Shown here: piece after piece, positions 6,832-13,947 of the stretch
How positions within the stretch are numbered: the first letter of the stretch is position 1
Layout: each line of letters begins with the position of its first letter
NCBI GenBank assembly: GCA_022646745.1
Contig: CP060262.1
Location: forward strand, 3,180,001 to 3,212,000
Direction of reading: 5' to 3'
DNA from: Planctomycetales bacterium
GTDB taxonomy: Bacteria; 4484-113; JAFGCY01
Length of the DNA: 32,000 bases
Made by a program: the position numbers and the translations under genes
The notes under the pieces: model-generated
Seen by the model: only the letters and a program-made list of their open reading frames with translations
Databases searched by the model: none
Told to the model about the DNA's origin: nothing

Positions 6832-9705
6832 TCAGTTGCTGCCAATGCAATACAGCGACCCGTCTGAACTACCGAAATAGACCTTGCCATCCTCGCCAAC
6901 CAGCGGTGCACTGTCTACCAGCGCTCCTGTTGTGTAGGTCCACTTTCCGGTTCCGTTCGGATTCACTGCATGCAGCTTGAAGTCATCGCTGCCAACATAT
7001 AACGTGCCGCTTGAGTCAATCGCCGGGGAACTGTCAATGTCCCCTCCGGTTGCATAGGTCCATATGGCGTTGCCTGTCAGCGGGTCAATGCAATGCAGCT
7101 TGTCGTCACCACTGCCGATGTACACCCGGCCATCAGCACCGATTGCAGGTGAGCAGTTCTCGATGTAATCGGCGGTGCTGTAGGTCCACTTCATTACACC
7201 CTCCGGACTGACGGCGTGCAGCGTTCCGTCACTGCTGCCGACATACACCGTTCCATCAGGTGCAATTGCCGGACTGCTGCGTACCCAGCCTCCGGCATTG
7301 TACTTCCACTTCAGTGTGCCATCCGGATTGAGTGCATTGAGCTGGTTGTCCTTACCGGATCCGACATAGATGGTTCCATCAGCTGCAATTGCCGGGCTGC
7401 TGCGTACTTCCTCTCCACAAGTGAAGGACCAGATCAGGTTGCCGTCCGGGTCGAGGCAGTAGAGCTTCTTGTCATTGCTGCCGAAGTAGATCCGCCCATC
7501 ATCGCCAATCGCCGGGCTGGAACGCACGATTCCACCGGTGTTGAAAGTCCACTTCTGGTTGCCTGAACTGTCAAGCGCATGCAGCTTGAAGTCGTGGCTG
7601 CCGAAGTACAGGCTGCCATCCGGCGCAAGCGCCGCTGCAGTGTATATGTCCGCCCCTGCGCTGTAAGTCCACTTTTCAGAGCCATCAGGATTGACTGCAA
7701 TGAACTTGCCAGCGTAATTGCCGAAGTAGACGGTTCCGTCCGCCGCCATAACCGGGTTGCAGCGGATCCAGCTGCCGGTCGGATACGACCATGCAAGTGA
7801 GCTACCTGCTGGTCCGGCTACTGTTGCCCGTGAATTTGCCCGGTTGTCCAGCCCAAAGCGCCACCAGTCACTGCGGTTGTCTGCAAAGCCCGTTGCCGGA
7901 GTGCTGTGGAGACTTGTCCCGGCCGAATTGCCGGCCCGCACCGTGTATTGATGTCCGGACAAGTCCGGAACCGCGTTGTCATCGTAGTGATCAACCTTGC
8001 CGACAGTGGCAATCTCGACTGAATTCCCATCCCGGTAGACGAAGTACTGTTCTGCCGCCGGGTCCAGTTCCCAGCTGACCCTGACACTGTCACGCTGAGT
8101 ACCATGAGAAGCAATCACACCGACTGGAACTCCTGGCGGCAGCAGCTTGAGGCTGCCTGTTTCCGGGCCGGTCTTCATGCTTTCTCCAAGCCCAGTGAAG
8201 GCACTGACCCAGTACTGGTGCTCATTGAAGTCCTGCAGTGACTCGTCTTCATAGCTATCAACGTCTCCCAGGGTGGCAATCAGGTTGCTTTCTTCATCCC
8301 TGTAGATCATGTATCCATCTGCATAGTCTGCCTTTGTCCAGCTGACACTGACCACAAGAGTGTCAGCCGCATCGCTGGCAGACAATCCAGTCGGTGCTGC
8401 CGGAATGATCCCTGACCTGCCGGTTGCCTGGATGCTGGCCTCGCCTTCCCCAGCGGGATTGACAGCACTCACAACGTAGTTGTGGTCATTGGGCAAGGGA
8501 TCAGTCGCATCCGTATAAGAATTAACAGGTATCTCAGCAATCGGTGTTGCATTACCATCACGATAGATCCTGTAGCTTGTTGCATTGCTGACAGCTTCCC
8601 AGTTGATTTCAATTGCTGATTCCACTGTTCCGAGACTGGCAACGGGGTTCAGTGGCTTGCCCGGCAATGGCATGCTGAAGCCGCTCGCACTGTCGCTGAA
8701 AGCGCTGAGACCTTCATTGATGACAGCGGCTACACGATATGTCCTGGTCTGGCCGGGCTGTACATCCTCGTCCAGGTAACTGGTACCAATTGATGTCTCT
8801 GCAAGGAATTCAAAGACTGATTGGCTGAGGTGCCTTCTTTCAATGCGGTAGGCAGTTGCCTCATCCAGGGGATCCCATGAAAGGCTGATCGCGCCAGCCA
8901 ACTCACCCTGGCTGGCCTGCAGGTTCTGTGGTCGCAGTGCGGAAGTGAACACAACTTCATTCGAAGGCTGGCTAAGGCTGCCATCCGCCTGATCCCTGGC
9001 AACGACCCGTAATGCATCGCCATCCTTAAGCCCGTTTACCTCGAGAGAAAAAATCAGCCTGCCCGTTTCCTGCTCGCTTGTCCCACCGGATTGGGCAATC
9101 ACACCCGCCTCCGTGAAGCTGCCGCCAGATGTGCTTTTTTGCACAACATACTCACTGAGCACATTCCCGAAGTTGGCACCTATCGGTGTCACGTCAGCAA
9201 TCGTGATCAGGCCGTTACCATCGCCATCTGCCTGTACTGCGACTGACCAGTCAGGGCTGGCATCTGACTTGCCGAAATGCAGGCCGATCATGGTCAGGTC
9301 TGAGATGTTCACCTGGCTGTTGCGGTCGTAATCCCCAGTATTTCGGTAAGTCCAGCCAAGCAATGCACTGTCAGTTGAGGCGGAGAGAATCTGGAAGTCA
9401 TTGACCACATTCTGGGCTCCCTGAGGAGCTTTGCTTGGATCTCGCTCATTTGTGGACCGGCTCTGCTCAAGGGCAGCAAGCAGGGCCTTCCATAGCTGCG
9501 GATCAACCCCGGCTGCTGGTTCCAGATGGTTGCCTGTAGGCTCGACTGCTGAAACTGAATCCGCCGCCTGCAGATTTGTACTGGAGGCAATCAGGCCAAG
9601 GCCTTGGCTGTTGGAACAGGAACCAAGGCCATAGACCACACCGATAAGAATGCTAATGCCCGGAAAAGACAAGTTGCGCAAAGGGTACCTCCAAGCACAC
9701 ACCAC
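6832..9705 (-). CDS. Large surface/periplasmic lipoprotein: lipobox, dockerin-like Ca-binding module, four FN3-like modules and an eight-blade PQQ-like (BamB-like) beta-propeller
   Basis: The signal/lipobox is ...ILIGVVYGLGS-C30. The dockerin-like pair GDYDRNSQVNISDL...DGDGNGLITIADVTPIGANFG spans aa 123-180. Four ~88-aa repeats each carry a W...Y[RMF][IV][YE]RD core (aa ~257-608). Eight repeats of the form DG[TSRK][VIL]Y[FVI]GS.D..L.A[VL][ND]P.G..KW[TS][YF] follow (aa ~640-957). The start is GTG, so the exact start is uncertain. Confidence 0.85.
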   Translation of the reverse strand: MVCAWRYPLRNLSFPGISILIGVVYGLGSCSNSQGLGLIASSTNLQAADSVSAVEPTGNHLEPAAGVDPQLWKALLAALEQSRSTNERDPSKAPQGAQNVVNDFQILSASTDSALLGWTYRNTGDYDRNSQVNISDLTMIGLHFGKSDASPDWSVAVQADGDGNGLITIADVTPIGANFGNVLSEYVVQKSTSGGSFTEAGVIAQSGGTSEQETGRLIFSLEVNGLKDGDALRVVARDQADGSLSQPSNEVVFTSALRPQNLQASQGELAGAISLSWDPLDEATAYRIERRHLSQSVFEFLAETSIGTSYLDEDVQPGQTRTYRVAAVINEGLSAFSDSASGFSMPLPGKPLNPVASLGTVESAIEINWEAVSNATSYRIYRDGNATPIAEIPVNSYTDATDPLPNDHNYVVSAVNPAGEGEASIQATGRSGIIPAAPTGLSASDAADTLVVSVSWTKADYADGYMIYRDEESNLIATLGDVDSYEDESLQDFNEHQYWVSAFTGLGESMKTGPETGSLKLLPPGVPVGVIASHGTQRDSVRVSWELDPAAEQYFVYRDGNSVEIATVGKVDHYDDNAVPDLSGHQYTVRAGNSAGTSLHSTPATGFADNRSDWWRFGLDNRANSRATVAGPAGSSLAWSYPTGSWIRCNPVMAADGTVYFGNYAGKFIAVNPDGSEKWTYSAGADIYTAAALAPDGSLYFGSHDFKLHALDSSGNQKWTFNTGGIVRSSPAIGDDGRIYFGSNDKKLYCLDPDGNLIWSFTCGEEVRSSPAIAADGTIYVGSGKDNQLNALNPDGTLKWKYNAGGWVRSSPAIAPDGTVYVGSSDGTLHAVSPEGVMKWTYSTADYIENCSPAIGADGRVYIGSGDDKLHCIDPLTGNAIWTYATGGDIDSSPAIDSSGTLYVGSDDFKLHAVNPNGTGKWTYTTGALVDSAPLVGEDGKVYFGSSDGSLYCIGSN

Positions 9706-9816
9706 CGTGTTAGACCTCGTTCGAACGAATTGAGCTACATTTGGAGGTGCAAAAGAGACGGGAACAGGGGTAGATCCTGTTGTACAGTCTGAAAATCTGT
9801 ACTGGAGGATCGTTCA

Positions 9817-10326
9817 ATGAAGACGTTATGGACCCTTGTGGCCCTGTTCCTGGTATTGAGTGCCAGCGCATTTGCACAGGAGGATGGAAATATGAATGAC
9901 GAAGCTGCATCCATGCATTCACACATCACGGTGAACGGCTATTACCTTCATACGGCAGTCAGCACGGACTTCGAAACCACGGTGGAAAAGCTGCGTGGCA
10001 TCCTCAAGGATGAGGGCTTCGGCGTCCTGACTGAGATTGACTTCTCCGCCAAGATGAAGGAGAAGCTGGACGTGGATACCCCTCCATGCCTGATCCTTGG
10101 AGCTTGCAACCCACCCTTCGCGTGGCAGGTGTTCCAGAGTGAGCCCTGGATCGGTGTGGAGATGCCCTGCAATGTGGTTGTGCGTCAGATGGATGATGGA
10201 TCTGTGGAAGTGGCAATCAAGAATCCAGGCATGCTTGTGGAAGCAACCGGAAACAATGAACTGTCCCAGCTTGGAGAGGACCTGACTCAGGCGGTTGTCA
10301 GGATTCTTGAGAAGGTCTCACACTAG
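9817..10326 (+). CDS. DUF302 domain protein, exported (cleavable signal peptide)
   Basis: The signal peptide is MKTLWTLVALFLVLSASAFA-QE. The DUF302-type core is FGVLTEIDFSAKMKEKL...CLILGACNPPFA...PCNVVVRQ. A GGAGGA SD lies 7 nt upstream. Confidence 0.85.
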   Translation: MKTLWTLVALFLVLSASAFAQEDGNMNDEAASMHSHITVNGYYLHTAVSTDFETTVEKLRGILKDEGFGVLTEIDFSAKMKEKLDVDTPPCLILGACNPPFAWQVFQSEPWIGVEMPCNVVVRQMDDGSVEVAIKNPGMLVEATGNNELSQLGEDLTQAVVRILEKVSH

Positions 10327-10348
10327 TACGCTCAACAGTACTGATAAA

Positions 10349-10387
10349 GGCCGGATTTCAATTCAGGAGTCCGGCCCTTTTCATTTT
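10349..10387 (+). terminator. Candidate intrinsic terminator after the first DUF302 gene
   Basis: A 7-bp GC-rich stem pairs GGCCGGA (10349-10355) with TCCGGCC (10370-10376). It is followed by CTTTTCATTTT. The loop is rather large at 14 nt. Confidence 0.55.
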
Positions 10388-10448
10388 CTCCTGATTTCGT
10401 ATCAACTGAATTAATGGGACATCGCGCACCAGAACAGCCTGTTTAACA

Positions 10449-10477
10449 TTGTCAAACCTGTCTGTGTTCTGTATCTT
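10449..10477 (+). promoter_or_regulatory. Candidate sigma-70 promoter for the second DUF302 gene
   Basis: TTGTCA at 10449-10454, a 17-nt spacer, and TATCTT at 10472-10477, about 55 nt upstream of the ATG at 10535. Confidence 0.4.
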
Positions 10478-10534
10478 CTCCGCATCGGGCAGCCGGTCCC
10501 GTAGATCCGGCAATCAGCTTTACGGAGAATTGAC

Positions 10535-10972
10535 ATGAACGACAGCGGAGCGATGATGCAAAGCAGTGTCACGGAGAATGGAATGTACTTCCAGACCACC
10601 GTCAACACCGACTTCGACACAACTGTTGAGAACATCAGGGAAGCACTCCCCGGCGAGGGATTCGGCATCCTGACGGAGATTGACTTCTCCGGCAAGATGA
10701 AGGAGAAACTGGACGCAGACATCCCGCGCTGCCTGATCCTCGGCGCATGCAACCCGCCGTTTGGCCTTGAGGCTTACAAACTCGAGCCCTGGATCGGGAT
10801 TGAGCTGCCCTGCAACATCGTCGTCCGCCAGATGGAGGACGGCAAGGTTGAAGTGGCGATGAAGAACCCGGCCCTGCTGGTTGAGTTCACCGGCCAGGAG
10901 GAGATCCGTCCGATGAGCGAGGAAATCAAGGCCAAGGTGCGTCGCATCCTGAACTCGATTGCAAGTGCGTAA
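10535..10972 (+). CDS. DUF302 domain protein, cytoplasmic paralog (no signal peptide)
   Basis: By eye it is about 60% identical to the 9817-10326 product across the DUF302 core (FGILTEIDFSGKMKEKL...CLILGACNPPFG...PCNIVVRQ). An in-frame TAG at 10502-10504 rules out an N-terminal extension. GGAG lies upstream of the ATG. Confidence 0.85.
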   Translation: MNDSGAMMQSSVTENGMYFQTTVNTDFDTTVENIREALPGEGFGILTEIDFSGKMKEKLDADIPRCLILGACNPPFGLEAYKLEPWIGIELPCNIVVRQMEDGKVEVAMKNPALLVEFTGQEEIRPMSEEIKAKVRRILNSIASA

Positions 10973-10981
10973 CTGACGCCG

Positions 10982-11022
10982 AACGGCTGGTCAGTTTTCC
11001 TCGAGGCTGGCCAGCCGTTTTT
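10982..11022 (+). terminator. Intrinsic terminator for the DUF302 gene, overlapping the 3' end of the convergent small feo-linked gene
   Basis: A 13-bp stem pairs AACGGCTGGTCAG (10982-10994) with CTGGCCAGCCGTT (11007-11019), with one G-U pair. A T5 run follows on the plus strand. There is no U-tract on the minus strand. Confidence 0.5.
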
Positions 11023-11170
11023 CCATGATTTCCTGGCGTGAACAGGAACTGCAGCCACTTCCGCAACCCTTGCTGGGCCTTCCAATGACGAGCATGTGGC
11101 GGACCAGGAATGCCGCCGCGAGCAGCACCACGCAGATCGTCACAATCCACTGCAATGTAATGTTCATCAT
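10991..11170 (-). CDS. FeoB-associated Cys-rich small membrane protein
   Basis: The product MMNITLQWIVTICVVLLAAAFLVRHMLVIGRPSKGCGSGCSSCSRQ... has one N-terminal TM helix followed by a Gly/Ser/Cys cluster, as in the small FeoB-associated family. Its ATG overlaps the feoB stop (ATGA). The longer ORF-track version (to 11266) lies inside feoB. Confidence 0.7.
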   Translation of the reverse strand: MMNITLQWIVTICVVLLAAAFLVRHMLVIGRPSKGCGSGCSSCSRQEIMEKRLASLEEN

Positions 11171-13386
11171 GCCAGCCCCGGGAAGAACCTTATGCCAAGC
11201 TGGTAGAACACAAGGCAGGTGACGTAGGCGAGAGCGGTCATGTAGCCGACCATCACAAGCGGCCACTTCCAGCTGTTTGTCTCACGCTTGACGACCGCCA
11301 CCGTGCCCATGCACTGGCAGGCAAGGATGAAGAAGATGATTATGTTCAGTGCCACCAGCGGGCTGTAGACACGTTGCCCATCTGCATGCTTCTCATTGCG
11401 AATGGCATCCATCAGGCTGACACTGGTTTCGTCCGCTTCCCCGACGTTATAGACAATCGCCATCGTACTGACGAACACCTCCCGGGCTGCAAAACTGGCA
11501 AGCAGACCGATACCGATCTTCCAGTCAAAGCCAAGTGGTTCGATCACGGGTTCGATCACCTGTCCAAGCTTGCCCGCTATGCTCCCCCGCAGCATCTCAC
11601 CCGACTGCAGACTGTCCAGTTCCTCCAGTCGCAGTTCAAGCTCGTCCCCACTCAGGCTGGCCTGTGCTGCACCACGCTGGCTGTCGTACTTGGCCTGCAG
11701 GCTGTTGTCATGCGGGAAATATGCGATGAACCAGAGGATGATGTTGATTGCCAGGATAATCGTGCCGGCCTGGGTCACGAACATCCGTCCGCGCTCCCAG
11801 ACTGAGTTGAGAACTGTCTTCCAGCTGGGTACGCGATAAGGAGGCAGCTCAATGATGAATGGCTGCTGTCGCCCCTTCAGCACCGTCATCCTGAAAGCTC
11901 GTGCGACCAGCAGTGCGGCGCAGATGCTGAATATGTAGGCACCCAGCAGCACAAATCCCTGCGTGGTAAAGCCTGCGAACAATGGGGTGGCGGGGATCAA
12001 TGCCCCGATCATCAAGGCGTAGACTGGCAAACGTGCGCTGCAGCTTGTCAGCGGAACCGCCATGATGGTTGCCAGCCTTGTGCGCGGGTCACTGATGTTT
12101 CGCGTTGACATGATCGCCGGGATGGCACAGGCGAAGCCGCTGAGCATCGGGATGAAGGCGTGGCCCGTCAGGCCGAAGCGCCGCATGTGGCGATTCATTA
12201 CGAATGCAGCACGTGAAAGGTAACCGCTATCCTCCATAAGCACGATGAACAGGAAAAGCAGAATGATCTGCGGCAGGAAGATCAGCACGGCGCCGACACC
12301 ACTGATGATCCCGTCAGTCAGCAGGTCGCGCAGTGGTCCAGACGGCATTGAACTGGCAACAGCGCTGGCTGATGCCGCTGTCAGGCCATCGATCATGTCC
12401 ATGAAAGGGCCTGCCCAGGTGTATATGCTCTGGAAAACCACGGCCATGACAACAAGGAAGATTGCCAGTCCAAACACGGGATGTGTCAAGACGCGGTCTA
12501 CCTTGTCACTACGGCTGGGTTTGAACTTTTCTTCGCTCCGTACCCGTGTGGTCTCGATTACTGACTTGATCCAGGCATAGCGTCCGATGCTTTCCGACTC
12601 AACCCACTTCACACCAGCCCATTCCAGCTCGGCACGTAACTTGCCGACGAGCTCGCGGATACCGGGCAAGTCGATCATCCTGTTGGTCCCACGCCTGTCC
12701 AGCAGCAGTTCCACTGAGACCTGGCGCAGGATCCGGCGCTCCATCGGCTTGTGCTTGCCGATCTCCGCTGCCAGGTGCTCGATCGCATGCAGGACCTTCT
12801 CGCCAATGCTCCAGGGGAGGTCCTCACCTTCCCTGCCAACCGCCTGCAGGATGACCTTCTTCAGTTCGGTTATTCCCTTGTAGGTCGGGGCAACGGTTTC
12901 CACCACGGGACGGCCAAGATGCTGCTCCAGTACAACCGGATCCACCGGCTGCCCCATACTGGCAGCCTCATCGTTCATGGTCAGCGCGACCACGCCGGGC
13001 AGGCCGAGGTCCAGTACCTGTGTAGCAAAGTAGAGGTTGCGCTCCAGGTTCCCGGCATCAAGGCAGACGACCACCACATCAACAGGCTGCTCGCTTCCCA
13101 TCATGCCAAGCAGTACATCCCGGGTGATGCGCTCCACGTCGTTGGTCGGGCGCAGGCTGTAGGCACCGGGCAGGTCAATCACTTCTATCTGGAGGCCTTC
13201 AAAGCTGAAGATACCCGATTTGCGTTCAACGGTCACGCCCGGATAATTTGCTACTTTCTGCTTCAGTCCGGTTAGCGCATTGAACAGCGTTGTCTTTCCG
13301 GTATTGGGGTTGCCAACCAATGCAACGCGGATGGTGCGTGGCAATGTGCCCTTCTGTTGATCAGGGAGGTCCTGGCTGGTCAGCAT
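11167..13386 (-). CDS. feoB: Ferrous iron transporter FeoB (N-terminal G-domain plus polytopic membrane domain)
   Basis: The G1 motif is VALVGNPNTGKTTLFNALTG, followed by DLPG and a long C-terminal multi-TM region. At 739 aa it is typical for FeoB. Its start overlaps the feoA stop (ATGCTGA). Confidence 0.95.
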   Translation of the reverse strand: MLTSQDLPDQQKGTLPRTIRVALVGNPNTGKTTLFNALTGLKQKVANYPGVTVERKSGIFSFEGLQIEVIDLPGAYSLRPTNDVERITRDVLLGMMGSEQPVDVVVVCLDAGNLERNLYFATQVLDLGLPGVVALTMNDEAASMGQPVDPVVLEQHLGRPVVETVAPTYKGITELKKVILQAVGREGEDLPWSIGEKVLHAIEHLAAEIGKHKPMERRILRQVSVELLLDRRGTNRMIDLPGIRELVGKLRAELEWAGVKWVESESIGRYAWIKSVIETTRVRSEEKFKPSRSDKVDRVLTHPVFGLAIFLVVMAVVFQSIYTWAGPFMDMIDGLTAASASAVASSMPSGPLRDLLTDGIISGVGAVLIFLPQIILLFLFIVLMEDSGYLSRAAFVMNRHMRRFGLTGHAFIPMLSGFACAIPAIMSTRNISDPRTRLATIMAVPLTSCSARLPVYALMIGALIPATPLFAGFTTQGFVLLGAYIFSICAALLVARAFRMTVLKGRQQPFIIELPPYRVPSWKTVLNSVWERGRMFVTQAGTIILAINIILWFIAYFPHDNSLQAKYDSQRGAAQASLSGDELELRLEELDSLQSGEMLRGSIAGKLGQVIEPVIEPLGFDWKIGIGLLASFAAREVFVSTMAIVYNVGEADETSVSLMDAIRNEKHADGQRVYSPLVALNIIIFFILACQCMGTVAVVKRETNSWKWPLVMVGYMTALAYVTCLVFYQLGIRFFPGLA

Positions 13387-13622
13387 GTCTGATTCCCCGA
13401 GGCAGAGACCATGTAGTTGACCGATATTGCAGCTGCCAGCTCACGGTCCAAGGCAATGCGGCTTTCATTAACGTGCAGCAGCATCGGGTTGCTGCTCTTG
13501 ATGACCTTCAGGTCAACGCCTTCCAGCACCCCAAGTTCGCGCAGGCGCAGTGTGCCACTCACATGAGAATCAATCTCAGTAATCAGCACAATATCTCCAC
13601 TGCGGCATTCACTCAGTTTCAT
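13380..13622 (-). CDS. feoA: FeoA family protein (small SH3-like Fe2+ transport accessory protein)
   Basis: MKLSECRSGDIVLITEI...LRLRELGVLEGVDLKVIKSSNPMLLHVNESRIALDRELAAAISV matches the FeoA pattern. The ORF is open to 13664, but the predicted promoter at 13667-13695 would start transcription downstream of that ATG. I therefore prefer the internal ATG at 13622, which gives 80 aa. Confidence 0.85.
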   Translation of the reverse strand: MKLSECRSGDIVLITEIDSHVSGTLRLRELGVLEGVDLKVIKSSNPMLLHVNESRIALDRELAAAISVNYMVSASGNQTC

Positions 13623-13666
13623 CACGGATTCCACAACATGAAAGGATAGCGTGTCCAGCCGCATGA

Positions 13667-13695
13667 ATTCTAGGAATCGACGGCACGCAGGTCAA
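13667..13695 (-). promoter_or_regulatory. Candidate sigma-70 promoter of the feoAB operon
   Basis: On the minus strand: TTGACC (13695-13690), a 17-nt spacer, and TAGAAT (13672-13667). An AT-rich Fur-box-like element at 13694-13712 overlaps the -35 element. Confidence 0.5.
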
Positions 13696-13844
13696 TAATG
13701 GGCATAATGAGTTGGGACGGTAAACGCTTGCTCAGGGCGGCAGGCGAAGTGTTTCAAATGTTTCCTGGATATCGCTAAAATCTCAGCAATCAGGGAACAC
13801 CTGAGGAGGACAATAGGTCTAAGTATCCGGCTGAAGAGCTTAAA

Positions 13845-13865
13845 ACACGTGAAGTTTTCACGTGT
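13845..13865. promoter_or_regulatory. Candidate operator in the feoA/MocR divergent intergenic region: a 21-bp palindrome with 9-bp arms
   Basis: The sequence is ACACGTGAA-gtt-TTCACGTGT, with perfect 9-bp inverted arms. Each arm contains CACGTG. It lies 83-103 bp upstream of the MocR ATG. Confidence 0.4.
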
Positions 13866-13947
13866 CACGGCACACTGTTTCCCTATTTTGGGTAGCTAGT
13901 GTTGCTTTTGTATACCTACCGGTTCTGCCATAATCTAGGCAGTTCAC

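Noticed and set aside
7882-8937. Periodic structure that might suggest a DNA tandem repeat or a CRISPR-like array.
   Set aside because: The periodicity of about 264 nt exists at the protein level (four FN3-like modules, then eight ~120-nt propeller blades at 6835-7875). At the nucleotide level the copies are diverged. The region is one continuous ORF with no short identical repeats or spacers.
11171-11266. The longer 91-aa version of the small feo-linked ORF (10991-11266).
   Set aside because: The extra 32 codons lie entirely inside the feoB coding region. The ATGA overlap at the feoB stop gives a product of about 60 aa that matches the FeoB-associated Cys-rich peptide family.
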